Assembly: GCA_037310415.1 (NCBI GenBank)
Contig: CP147780.1
Span: forward strand, 192,001 to 256,000
Reading direction: 5' to 3'
Source: Candidatus Atabeyarchaeum deiterrae
GTDB taxonomy: Archaea > Asgardarchaeota > Atabeyarchaeia > Atabeyarchaeales > Atabeyarchaeaceae
Length of the DNA stretch: 64,000 nucleotides
Shown: in pieces, positions 9,714 through 19,115 of the stretch
Layout of the letters: each line of letters starts with the position of its first letter
Position numbering within the stretch: the stretch's first letter is position 1
Program-made: the position numbers and the translations under genes
The notes under the pieces: generated by a model
Database searches by the model: none
The model's input: only the letters and a program-made list of their open reading frames with translations
What the model was told of the DNA's origin: nothing

Positions 9714-10358
9714 TTGCCCAAGGTGAAGAAATCCCAAATGAAGGAAGCAGCCAAAATCATCTTGCTTTTTGTGATCATTGGTGGCGGGGTTTTCGGGGCG
9801 AATGTAGCACTACAAGTAGCGATGGGCACTCCGATTCCTGTTGTGGTAGTGGTTTCTACGAGTATGGTGCCAACACTTAACGTTGGAGATGTATGCGTAA
9901 TCCGGAACGTTTCCGCTGACCAATATGTCGTTGGAAATCATACTACACGAACGGGCGACATTATCGTAATCGATGTCCACGAATGGGAAATAGCTCATAA
10001 CCTTCCGACAGATCCAGTCATACATAGAATTATCGACCGGATATATGACAATGGCACCTACTGGTTCAGAACACAGGGGGACAATAATCAGCCGCCAGAT
10101 GGCTGGGACTACGGCAAAGGCTCGGGATGGGTCGACCAGGATAGGGTCTACGGCAAAGTAATTCTCACAATACCTTGGATTGGATACATATTCCTGTTCT
10201 TAAGGGATGGAGGAGTCTTGATAGTTATCCCAATACTAGCCTTGATCATAGTTCTGATCTTCAGGGAAGAAGCATCCAAGATGCGCGAAAAAGCAAAATC
10301 GGGTTCCAACCTGACGACATTAGTTACGGGTGGCTGCCTATTGTTGGAAGTCGCGTAG
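9714..10358 (+). CDS. sec11: Signal peptidase I (archaeal/Sec11 type)
   Basis: TM then VVSTSMVPTL.VGD, VIHRII and TQGDNN motifs; C-terminal TM. Confidence 0.9.
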   Translation: MPKVKKSQMKEAAKIILLFVIIGGGVFGANVALQVAMGTPIPVVVVVSTSMVPTLNVGDVCVIRNVSADQYVVGNHTTRTGDIIVIDVHEWEIAHNLPTDPVIHRIIDRIYDNGTYWFRTQGDNNQPPDGWDYGKGSGWVDQDRVYGKVILTIPWIGYIFLFLRDGGVLIVIPILALIIVLIFREEASKMREKAKSGSNLTTLVTGGCLLLEVA

Positions 10359-11481
10359 GCCAGACGAATTCCTCTTGAGGTTTCAGCTCGCCCGTTCCTA
10401 CTACAACCCTGTAGTGGCCGACTCTCCCTGTTTCAGTCTCCTCTACCGCCTCAAGTGACCCTGATACTTTCATTTTGTCTCCTATGGAGCCGATTCCCCT
10501 GAATTCTCCTATCATGGACACTACCTCAGAGGGTTTCTTGTTGTCTTCGATCTCTGACTGTTCATCAAGGGGTTCATATTGCGAGATCCTGTAAATTGCT
10601 GGGCGGAACACGGACTCCCAGTCTTCCGTCACTTCGCATAGAAATGAGAGATTAAGACCAGTTGACAGATAGGTGAACTGACCGAATTTTTCCCTTATTT
10701 CTTCATGTTTTCTGATGGCATTGAGTACGACTCTCTTCCCATTCCAGAGAAAACGATTTCTTCTCAATATATCGAACATGTTTTCCTCGAGTAAGACAAA
10801 CTGGTTTCCTTTTCCACGAACTTCGTGCAGATAGCTCATGACCTCACGGTAGTTACCAGCACCATACACTGCAATATCGATATCGCTCTGTGGATTATGC
10901 ATCCCTAGGGAAATCGAGCCATGTATGCCAAAGCTACTCATGAGTACTCCGGTCTGCTTTGAGAGATACTCGATCATCTCGATGGCGGCAGTCTCCAAGC
11001 TGTCGAGGGTCCCCTTGTTCTTCCTTTCAAGCAGTTTGGCGAGGCTTAAAGATGGTTCATACACTGCCTCAATCGAGGATTTCGGAGTCATTAAGATCGA
11101 TTTCTTGAGGTTTGGATCATAAACTACATATTCGGGGTGATAGTCTTCAAAGACTTTGATTATGCGTCCATAGTTGTCAGGTGTATAGAGCTTTTCTGGC
11201 CTGACCAGTTTTACGTTATCTAGGTTCCATTCGTAGGGGAGCCATCTTAATTTGAATTCCTTCGCCAGCTTCTTCGGAACATATTTCAGATATGAGACAA
11301 CCCGTTCTATTGGATGAAGATACCCTATCACGTAGAAAATGAATCCTTCTTCGGTCAGCATTGCGTCTCCATCACGAGGGATCCACTGTTGAATTCCTTC
11401 GGCGTGACTCTCGGTGGGTAGCAGGCTAGGTTCGCCCCCGGATAAGCTCGCTGACTCTCTTTCTGAATTCTTGCTCGGCAT
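10324..11481 (-). CDS. Predicted nucleotidyltransferase (COG1665-like, pol-beta superfamily)
   Basis: RDGD...GFIFYVIGYLHP..RVVSYLKY; GIHGSISLGMHNPQSDIDIAVYG. Confidence 0.8.
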   Translation of the reverse strand: MPSKNSERESASLSGGEPSLLPTESHAEGIQQWIPRDGDAMLTEEGFIFYVIGYLHPIERVVSYLKYVPKKLAKEFKLRWLPYEWNLDNVKLVRPEKLYTPDNYGRIIKVFEDYHPEYVVYDPNLKKSILMTPKSSIEAVYEPSLSLAKLLERKNKGTLDSLETAAIEMIEYLSKQTGVLMSSFGIHGSISLGMHNPQSDIDIAVYGAGNYREVMSYLHEVRGKGNQFVLLEENMFDILRRNRFLWNGKRVVLNAIRKHEEIREKFGQFTYLSTGLNLSFLCEVTEDWESVFRPAIYRISQYEPLDEQSEIEDNKKPSEVVSMIGEFRGIGSIGDKMKVSGSLEAVEETETGRVGHYRVVVGTGELKPQEEFVWPTRLPTIGSHP

Positions 11482-12241
11482 CTGCTATACTCATGGGTTC
11501 CTTGGATATCTCACTAATGAATGCTCTTCTAAGTTTGCTAGCTTCCTTGGAGAGTCTCACTTGGAGACTTCCAGCTGAGATCATGCCATTCAAGATCCTC
11601 CTTGTCGATTTGTCCAGATTCCTTTTGAAGGGGGATTTCTGAGCATGGCCTTCGTCATGAGTTGAACCGGAAATGTGCTCTGTTCCTTTTCGGCGAACTG
11701 ATTTCTCCTTAATCTTTGAGAGTACCATACGAATAACTTGCTCTACTGCGTCTTCTGCAGTGGATTTTTCGGAATCTATGACTAAAGCTGGTCTGTCCCA
11801 TTTGTACTTAGTGCCCGGTTGATCGAAGTTCTTCGCTGTCTCCGAGATTATTTCAATAGGTATAGGTTTGTCCCTTGCTGCATTACGTTCTTGTGCAACT
11901 TCGAGAGACACTGTCAGGTACACGATGATGTACTTCGCTCCATGTCTTGTAGCAACTTGTGCGAGTCTATGCCGAGTCGATTCATAGTAGTTCATATCAT
12001 CACTAATCACAATGTTGTCATGCTTCAAACCTTCCTCGATTAGAAGCAGATTGAGAGAGTATACAAAAGGCTCTCTTTTTGGGTCGTAGTGTTGCTCCAT
12101 GGCGGGAACCATTTCTCTAATTCTGTCTGGATCAACTACTAATGTGGGCAATCCGTAGTTAGACTCCAGTTTCCTTGCCAGTAGAGTAGCAACTTTAGTC
12201 TTGCCTGAACAAGGTAATCCACAGAGAATGATCATTAGCAT
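11426..12241 (-). CDS. pstK: O-phosphoseryl-tRNA(Sec) kinase (PSTK/Kti12 family)
   Basis: P-loop GLPCSGKT, DDMNYYESTR and RN..R...WDRP motifs, helical C-domain; Sec-cluster context. Confidence 0.82.
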   Translation of the reverse strand: MLMIILCGLPCSGKTKVATLLARKLESNYGLPTLVVDPDRIREMVPAMEQHYDPKREPFVYSLNLLLIEEGLKHDNIVISDDMNYYESTRHRLAQVATRHGAKYIIVYLTVSLEVAQERNAARDKPIPIEIISETAKNFDQPGTKYKWDRPALVIDSEKSTAEDAVEQVIRMVLSKIKEKSVRRKGTEHISGSTHDEGHAQKSPFKRNLDKSTRRILNGMISAGSLQVRLSKEASKLRRAFISEISKEPMSIADAEQEFRKRVSELIRGRT

Positions 12242-12413
12242 CTTTGATCCTCTGACCCAGAATGGGAATTATGAACGCGTGTACTACATTTTCAGGCGAT
12301 ATATTATCTTCTCTTGCAGAGGCACAAAAAAATCGCAACAAGCAGATAGCAGTCAAGAGGAGGGAAGGAAGAGATGTTAAGAATGAAAAAATGACACCTC
12401 TAGACGACAGCTC

Positions 12414-13409
12414 TCAGACCTCAACCTTCAGGTTGAGTTTCTGAACCATCTCTTTGTACCTGTTCCGCACGGTGACTTCAGTTATGTGAGCTGCTGCCGC
12501 CACTTCCTGTTGAGTTCTTCGTTCTCCCTCTATGAGGCCCGCTATGTAAAGCGCTGCAGCCGCCATGCCTGTTGGATCCTTTCCCGCAGTCAGACCCATG
12601 ATCTGAGCTTTGTCTATTACTTCCACAGCGCGTCGCTGAGAATTCACTGACATACGAAGATCCTCACCAAATCTCGGAATGAAATCCTGTGGCTTCGGTC
12701 TTGGAATCGCTATTCCTGACGTGTGGAGGATCAACCTTATGCTTCTACCCAACTCCTTGCGTCCTGCATGCGTATGGGTAGCTATCTCTTCAAGCGCTCT
12801 GGGAACATGGTGCAACCTGCAAGCCAGGTAAACTGCTGCCGCAGTGACACCATCAATGGTTCTTCCTCTCACAAGTCGTCTCTCAAGGGCTTTCCTGTAG
12901 ATGATTGCTGCAGTCTCCTTGATATCTCTGGGTATGCCGAGCTGACTTGTAAGTCTGTCAAGTTCGCTCATAGCGGTCGCCAAGTTCCTCTGAACTGAGT
13001 TGTGAACCATCGACCTAATTTGCCACTTTCTGAGCCTGTATATTTGCGCTCTTCTGCTCGGAACCAACTTGTTTCCGTAGACATCTATGTCTCTTCGATC
13101 TATGACAGTGCTGAGACCTTTGTCATGCATTGCAAATGTAGTTGGCGCTCCTACTCGACTTCGTCCTTCCTTCTCTTCGGATGAGAAGGCTCTCCACTCA
13201 GGACCTTGGTCTATATATCTCTCAGATATGACGATTCCACAATTTCCACAAATGATTTCTCCTCTAGTTGGGTCCCTGTAGATTACCGTGCTGCCGCATT
13301 CAGGGCAAGCCTCGATTGTTGTCGTCTGGTCCTTTTCCTCTGCTGCCTCTGGTTTACTGCCGATCACTTCGCCAGCCATCTCCTTTTCTACACCTCCTGT
13401 GTCTTTCAT
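12414..13409 (-). CDS. tfb: Transcription initiation factor IIB
   Basis: Zn ribbon CPECG..CGNCG, GPEWRAF, two cyclin repeats, TEVTVRNRYKE. Confidence 0.95.
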   Translation of the reverse strand: MKDTGGVEKEMAGEVIGSKPEAAEEKDQTTTIEACPECGSTVIYRDPTRGEIICGNCGIVISERYIDQGPEWRAFSSEEKEGRSRVGAPTTFAMHDKGLSTVIDRRDIDVYGNKLVPSRRAQIYRLRKWQIRSMVHNSVQRNLATAMSELDRLTSQLGIPRDIKETAAIIYRKALERRLVRGRTIDGVTAAAVYLACRLHHVPRALEEIATHTHAGRKELGRSIRLILHTSGIAIPRPKPQDFIPRFGEDLRMSVNSQRRAVEVIDKAQIMGLTAGKDPTGMAAAALYIAGLIEGERRTQQEVAAAAHITEVTVRNRYKEMVQKLNLKVEV

Positions 13410-13625
13410 GGGTTATCTCCTCTCTCAACAGGGGTTCAGCGATGCTCAAGTGTACTCGATGAAATACACTACCACCCGAGTTGCATCTCACTCTAAAAAC
13501 CTAGTCTTCGAGAGTATTGACCCTAATGATTCAAGTAACCTTTACCGCGGAGGGATAAGTATATAAAGCTTTCGGTTCTCGCATATAAATATATGAAATC
13601 CAACCCCAGATAGTATTCGTCGATA

Positions 13626-14195
13626 CTATTCGAAGATCTTTGATACCAGCCACTTCAATGGAGCTTCTATGTTCTGACCCAACCTTGCTGATGTCTCAAA
13701 GTACTGCAATCCCAATCTTGAGGCTCGCGCTTCTGCGGTTGAACGATCTGCCAACCTCTTGTCTTTCAAGTCGATCTTGTTTCCAATTAACACTGCCGGA
13801 ACACGGCTCATTACACTAAAACACTCTTTGACCCAGTCATCGATTTTCCCCAGCGTATGTGGTAGAGTAACATCGAACATGAAGACTACCCCTGCAGACC
13901 CCTTGTAGTAAGACGGGCGGACTATCTTGAACTGAGGTTGACCCGCGAGATCCCACATTAATAGCGTTGTCTGTGTTTTGCCAATATTCATCTTCTTTAC
14001 AGTTATCTCCACTCCCAGTGTAGGGATATACTCGTCATGCAACTGTTTTCCCGTGAAATTTCTCACCAGCGTGGTCTTTCCCACGGCGGGCTCACCAACG
14101 ACAGTTATCTTCAGCTGAGGGCCTTTCAAGAATGGATATTCAACCTTGTACTCTACTTCTTGCCGGCTCAAATCGCTGAACACCTTCACCAGCAT
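13626..14195 (-). CDS. Rab/Ras-superfamily small GTPase
   Basis: G1 GEPAVGKT, G2 PTLG, G3 WDLAGQ, G4 NKID, G5 ETSA. Confidence 0.9.
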   Translation of the reverse strand: MLVKVFSDLSRQEVEYKVEYPFLKGPQLKITVVGEPAVGKTTLVRNFTGKQLHDEYIPTLGVEITVKKMNIGKTQTTLLMWDLAGQPQFKIVRPSYYKGSAGVVFMFDVTLPHTLGKIDDWVKECFSVMSRVPAVLIGNKIDLKDKRLADRSTAEARASRLGLQYFETSARLGQNIEAPLKWLVSKIFE

Positions 14196-14237
14196 TTGAT
14201 TTGCGAAACGGATTCTGCGGACAGTTACAATTGAGAA

Positions 14238-14963
14238 TTAACCTATTCGTTCAATATCTGAATCCTTACCTACTGATTCTTCTTCAGGTTTGGATTCTTC
14301 TTCTTTGCCTAGATCTTGTTTCACTTCCGCCAATTCTGGTTTCTCGACGGACTCTTCTTGAGTCGCTCCAGTTTCCTCCTCTGGCACGGCTGGCGCTGGC
14401 TTCAGTTTCATTATTCCAAGATCCATAAGGGTCTTCCTAACGCTGTCGACAGCTCTGTACACATCTTCTTCCTTCTTTGCGCCTGTACAGACTAGCTTTC
14501 CTGACCCAAAGAGTAGAATGACAACTTTTGGCTCCTTCATCCTATAAATCAGACCAGGAAATTGCTCTGGTTCATACATGACATTTTCCAAGCTGTATGC
14601 GGCCAGCTCAAGGTTCAACTCGGCGCCTAAAGAAGCAGATGCTACAATATTCTGAACGGTAATAATGGGTTCGCCAGTTATCTGGATCCCAGCTTCGCGT
14701 AGATGCTCCACTATCCTATGTACGGCTCTTCCTGCCTCCGCCTCGCTCTTTGCCCCAGTGCAAACCATTTTGCCGGAACTGAAAATGAGAGTCGCCGTCT
14801 TTGGTTTCTTGAGACGATACACTAATCCTGGAAACTGCTCGGGGTCATATTCTACATTGAGTAGTGAACGGGCAACTTTGTCAAGATCAATTCTTTGATT
14901 AACAGCTACTGAAGCAACCACGTTTTCTATTCTTATCTTCGGTTTAGGAAGTGACTGTAACAA
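14238..14963 (-). CDS. tbp: TATA-box binding protein with acidic C-terminal tail
   Basis: Two repeats of ENVVAS..YDPEQFPGL.YR...FSSGK.VCTGAK; TTG start after AGGAGG. Confidence 0.95.
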   Translation of the reverse strand: MLQSLPKPKIRIENVVASVAVNQRIDLDKVARSLLNVEYDPEQFPGLVYRLKKPKTATLIFSSGKMVCTGAKSEAEAGRAVHRIVEHLREAGIQITGEPIITVQNIVASASLGAELNLELAAYSLENVMYEPEQFPGLIYRMKEPKVVILLFGSGKLVCTGAKKEEDVYRAVDSVRKTLMDLGIMKLKPAPAVPEEETGATQEESVEKPELAEVKQDLGKEEESKPEEESVGKDSDIERIG

Positions 14964-15245
14964 CAGATATTCCTCCTTTTGGCCCAAATGCAGGAATCTG
15001 CTCCTCAAATCAAGACGTCTTCGCTGCAATTGAAGCTCTTAAAACGATTTGTTTCTCCCTTATAAAGATCATTTATAAAGCATTAGAGAGCTTTATAAAG
15101 CTACTCCCTCAAATCCCCAAAATACGACACCGAGTCATGAAACACCCGACGAATAATGCTACCTCTGATGCAAAAAGGATTTGGAAGAAAGAGCGATCTT
15201 TCGCTTGTGTCGAAACATTAGCATGAATTAGGGATTGCTATTTCT

Positions 15246-15473
15246 CTAGAATGGTTTTTCGAACCTCAGCGACTCGACTTTCCTTGTCTTCTTCAACTTC
15301 TTCTTCAAGCGTTTGTAATGCCTGTCGCATATGAAAAAGCGATTTCCCGGACTTTTCACTTCAAGACCAGCGTCACTCAAAGAGCCGCCTGCAGATGACT
15401 TTGACAGCGATCTGACGGCAATCTCGTTACAGCCATCAACGTCGCAATGAGCGCCCTTCTTGACTTTTCCCAT
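15246..15473 (-). CDS. Small conserved archaeal Zn-binding hypothetical protein
   Basis: C-x4-C...C-x2-H pattern (CDVDGC...ICDRHYK) and basic C-terminus; ORF track start 15518. Confidence 0.65.
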   Translation of the reverse strand: MGKVKKGAHCDVDGCNEIAVRSLSKSSAGGSLSDAGLEVKSPGNRFFICDRHYKRLKKKLKKTRKVESLRFEKPF

Positions 15474-15599
15474 TTTCCCGAGCACCACATTCATGCAGTC
15501 GGTTTCGCCTTCAGACACAAGACACCTTCTGAGTTAAGACTTCTCCCTTTTTAAGGCTATCCTCATAAGCAGAGAAACCGCCGCGCCTATCTTCTATGG

Positions 15600-16595
15600 T
15601 CAGTCTGATGGCTTCCCTGAAAGTTTGTCTATATTGAAGTCGAAGACCTCGACTGAGGATTCACCATCCGAAATGAGAAGTTTTCTTGAATTAACGACCT
15701 TGCCTATAAGCTTGGAGACGACTCCGTGCTTTGAGAGAATAGAGACGCATTGATCTGCTTTCTTCGGGTCTGACGTCAATATCACCCCAAAACCAGGGTA
15801 CGCCTTCAACCATTGATCCATGTCAACGCCTGGTGGCTTTGGGATGTTGGTCAGGTCTATTTCTCCTCCGAGGTTGCTCGAATCTAGGAGCATCCCTAGC
15901 GTTCCAACGATACCCGGGTTGCTTATGTCTTTCGCGGCGGTCGCCAAATTGTCCTTCGCAATTTCGCGCATCGCTCTCAAACGATCTTCAACCTCTGCTT
16001 TCGATTTATGGGTGGTGGTGTCCCAGGCAGTCTTGAAGGCTTTATGAAAACGCCCATCTAGGTCAACAGCCGCTATTATCAGGTCATCTGGCTGCGCGGT
16101 ATTGCTTCTGATCAAAGACTTCTTGCGAACCATGCCTATTATTGAAACGCTGAGTCTATTTGCCGATGCTTCTGGGCTAAGGTGCCCCCCAACCATTGGG
16201 ACATTGAATTTCGAGCAGCCCTCCGTAATACCTTCAACAATTTTGTTTCTGATGTCACTGGATGTCGCAGCTAACGTGTTTACCATCGCAATTGGAGTGC
16301 CACCTTTGGCGGTAATGTCGTTGACGCTAACCAAGACCGAACAGTATCCAGCAAATGTTGGATCAGCATCTATCAGTCTGTCCCATATTTCTTCGGCTTT
16401 GAAAAGCAAGTAGTTATCTTTGTACCCGATATCTATCACGGCGCAGTCTTCACCAAACGATTCAATCACCTTTGCACCGAAAGGAATTGCGGCACTAATC
16501 GTGGATTTCATCCTTCTAGTGACTTCCACAATTGGCGTTTTCCTCTTCACGCCAACATAACTCTTGATAGACTCGGCTATGGGTTTCAAGTTCAT
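15600..16595 (-). CDS. PurM/SelD-superfamily protein (methanogenesis marker 2-like)
   Basis: N-terminal GVKRK, GEDCAVI, VNDITAKGG.P, VGGHL and KDISNPGIVG motifs; no N-terminal Cys/Sec motif of SelD. Confidence 0.8.
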   Translation of the reverse strand: MNLKPIAESIKSYVGVKRKTPIVEVTRRMKSTISAAIPFGAKVIESFGEDCAVIDIGYKDNYLLFKAEEIWDRLIDADPTFAGYCSVLVSVNDITAKGGTPIAMVNTLAATSSDIRNKIVEGITEGCSKFNVPMVGGHLSPEASANRLSVSIIGMVRKKSLIRSNTAQPDDLIIAAVDLDGRFHKAFKTAWDTTTHKSKAEVEDRLRAMREIAKDNLATAAKDISNPGIVGTLGMLLDSSNLGGEIDLTNIPKPPGVDMDQWLKAYPGFGVILTSDPKKADQCVSILSKHGVVSKLIGKVVNSRKLLISDGESSVEVFDFNIDKLSGKPSD

Positions 16596-16714
16596 TTTGT
16601 CATTTATCCTCCGATTTTTGGAAAGGACAAGAATTTGGACATGATGTTCAGATTCGAGATAAGTTTGCTACCTGTTTGTGAATATTCAAGTTTCTAGGAT
16701 AACGAGGAAACGAC

Positions 16715-16722
16715 TTTATATT
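16715..16722 (+). promoter_or_regulatory. Putative TATA box of the tRNA-Sec gene
   Basis: TTTATATT preceded by a purine-rich BRE-like stretch, about 35 nt upstream of the tRNA 5' end. Confidence 0.45.
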
Positions 16723-16756
16723 ACTATGGCATCTCACGTGTTGACTGAAAGCACTT

Positions 16757-16935
16757 GGCGCCCGACAGCGGGGGTGGAAGCATTCAATCCGGCATCGAGA
16801 TTGGATGTTGCCTATTCCCAAGCACTGGACTTCAAATCCGGTACACCAGAAAAACCTTGCGTATGATGGTTCTGATTGGTGTGGAGTTCGATTCGCCCGA
16901 CAATGCGGGAGCGAGAGTCTCCTCGGGCGCCGCCA
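16757..16935 (+). tRNA. selC: tRNA-Sec (anticodon UCA, 16832-16834) with three introns: 16778-16815, 16853-16876, 16893-16917
   Basis: 9-bp acceptor GGCGCCCGA/TCGGGCGCC + G + CCA; 6-bp anticodon stem ACTGGA-CTTCAAA-TCCGGT; 4-bp T-stem. Removing the three introns gives a 92-nt 9/4 tRNA-Sec. Confidence 0.92.
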
Positions 16936-16939
16936 ACCT

Positions 16940-17623
16940 TCAATTTGCGAGATGAGGCGTGCCATCCACTATCCTAGAGATTCTCCTCCTCCAGTCTAGC
17001 GCCTTGACTGCTACTACCCTGGATCTGTCATTGTCCAAAGGAATGCCCTGAGGGTGGGTGTGTAGCATCTCCATTACCTCGCACGTCTCAATGTGTATGG
17101 GGTCAAATCCTTCAAGCGTCCTGATCAGAGTCTCCCTGATAATGCCAATCGTCGGGTATATAATGCCAACGAGTGTTTTTGATAAGATACTGTCTATGGC
17201 TTTGTCCAACTTCATTTCGACTTTTATTATTTCGAATAGTCTTCCCTTTTCCGTTTCATCCATTTTCTTTACTTTCTCCGTCAGGGTCTTTATTCTCTCC
17301 TTGTACTCGGCGAGTTGGTGTTGCGGTTCTTCGGGTTCGTCTGAGCATACCATCAGCTCGATTCCACCGCTCGAAGTTGTGAAGAGCTTTACCAGAAGTT
17401 GCCGATCTGAGGCTGTTTTTGAGGATATGATCGCCTCGCCTACAAAAGAAGATCGATCACCAGTTACTGTCCCTACATTCTCATAGCACCTGCTTCTAAT
17501 CGACGTCACGGAATGATAGGTGATTGCGAAAATACATTGCGCACCAAGATCATCAATCGGGAAAACCTCAGTTTTGCAGGCGAACCCAGACGTGATCCTA
17601 TTCCAATCAGGAGCCTCCGACAC
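16940..17623 (-). CDS. Hypothetical protein (227 aa)
   Basis: GTG start after GAGGAGTGG; alpha/beta N-terminal part, coiled coil, helical C-terminal part. Confidence 0.6.
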   Translation of the reverse strand: MSEAPDWNRITSGFACKTEVFPIDDLGAQCIFAITYHSVTSIRSRCYENVGTVTGDRSSFVGEAIISSKTASDRQLLVKLFTTSSGGIELMVCSDEPEEPQHQLAEYKERIKTLTEKVKKMDETEKGRLFEIIKVEMKLDKAIDSILSKTLVGIIYPTIGIIRETLIRTLEGFDPIHIETCEVMEMLHTHPQGIPLDNDRSRVVAVKALDWRRRISRIVDGTPHLAN

Positions 17624-17690
17624 GATCTTCCACTCCTCTCTATTCCTGTTGAATGAGGAAATGCAATTCGCGTGAAATCAGTAATTGATG

Positions 17691-19082
17691 TCACGTGCTT
17701 TTTCCCTGGATCTTCTTCTTCAAAGTCTGATTTATCCCTTGCCTCAGCTTTTCTACTGCCAATGTTATGTCATTTTCTTGTGATCCTATGGCAGCATTCA
17801 TCACTACATACTGGCACGGGTAATTGTTGCAGCAGGAACCCCAATTCCCCGCTGGAACCACTCTTGGTCCGCTCAACCTCAAAGAGTATAAGATCCCTCC
17901 GAGAACACTCGGATCGACCCTGGAAATCGTCATCGCACTCGCGATGGGGTTATTAGTGTTAAGAAGGCGTTCTCCAAGAGAGTCAGCCATCTCTGCAAGG
18001 AGTTTCTGAAGAAGCTTCTTGTTTAACTGCTGAATATCACGGAGTTTCTCATATTTGTCGATTCCAAGCGAGAGGATGGCGGCTAAGAACTGGTAGATAG
18101 GAGCAGAAGAAGCCCGTCCCGCATAATGTGATGCCACTTTCTCAACAAATTTCTCATCTGGGGATGCCACAATTGCTCCTCCGACAGGTGTTAAGAAGTT
18201 CTTGTCCGTACTCTGTATTACCGCATCTACTCGTCCAGCATTCATTGCGAGATTGATTTCTCGCATGATTTCTCTGCTCTGCACTCCATATGCGTTGTTT
18301 ATAACGTGGAAGATATTCTTCTCCGAGGCAATCCTAGCGATCTCCTTGATGGAGTCCTGTTCTCTTGGCGGGAAGAAAGTTGTCGTAGAGAGAATTGCAC
18401 AGCACTGATCGTCGATGGCTTTAGTTACATCTTCTGGCGGGACGCGCACGGCGTCTCCATAAACTTTTCCTTCAACAGTTCTGGGTTTCATGTTCACAAG
18501 GCTCAAGGCTTTCAGAGGTGAGTCATGGTCTATTCTTGGATATACCACAACGTTTTGTCCTCCGTTGGTCGAGTCTCTCACCGTTGCCAAGGTAAGTGCT
18601 ATTGACATGCCAGTAGCCATGGGAATCACAATGGCTGACTTAAGATTAGGAGCACCAAACCTCTTCATTGCATCCAAGGCCAAGATATTCGACAACTCGT
18701 AGAGAACTGACGCACCAGGAGCCTTCGGCTGTGGAGCCAAGAGTGCACCACTTCGTCCAACGCCGTGACAGAACCCTGACGCCAACTCGGAGGTCAGGGG
18801 CGAAGCGACTCTCGCTTCTCGTTCGCCCACTCGCACATTCTCGAGATCCTTATCAACGTCCATCATTGATAGAAGCTTGAGAAAGAAGGCGATGATATCA
18901 TCGCCCCAGCCTGACTTCGGAATTCTCCTTTGTTGAAGAAGTTCTCTAACGAGGTCAAGTTGCGTATTAAGGGCCATGAATGAGCGTTTCAGCATGTTTT
19001 GAGGTATGAGCCCCTTAAGGTAATCCTCAAACTTGTCCAAATCAGGTACCTCAGTTGACCTTTCTATACTAATAGTTCCCAT
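17691..19082 (-). CDS. spcS: O-phosphoseryl-tRNA(Sec) selenium transferase (SepSecS)
   Basis: GEREARV, FCHGVGRSG...QPKA.G, PMATGMS, NNAYGVQ, QSTDKNF (PLP Lys) and YAGRAS motifs. Confidence 0.93.
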   Translation of the reverse strand: MGTISIERSTEVPDLDKFEDYLKGLIPQNMLKRSFMALNTQLDLVRELLQQRRIPKSGWGDDIIAFFLKLLSMMDVDKDLENVRVGEREARVASPLTSELASGFCHGVGRSGALLAPQPKAPGASVLYELSNILALDAMKRFGAPNLKSAIVIPMATGMSIALTLATVRDSTNGGQNVVVYPRIDHDSPLKALSLVNMKPRTVEGKVYGDAVRVPPEDVTKAIDDQCCAILSTTTFFPPREQDSIKEIARIASEKNIFHVINNAYGVQSREIMREINLAMNAGRVDAVIQSTDKNFLTPVGGAIVASPDEKFVEKVASHYAGRASSAPIYQFLAAILSLGIDKYEKLRDIQQLNKKLLQKLLAEMADSLGERLLNTNNPIASAMTISRVDPSVLGGILYSLRLSGPRVVPAGNWGSCCNNYPCQYVVMNAAIGSQENDITLAVEKLRQGINQTLKKKIQGKST

Positions 19083-19115
19083 CTAACTGAAAGTCAGTCT
19101 CTAAGATAATGATCT

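Noticed and set aside
15600-16595. Calling this gene selD
   Set aside because: No N-terminal Cys/Sec-x-x-Lys motif and no upstream UGA extension noticed; motifs fit the marker-2/AIR-synthase-like family.
16648-16999. Several short ORFs on both strands around 16650-17000
   Set aside because: They overlap the tRNA-Sec gene and are spurious.
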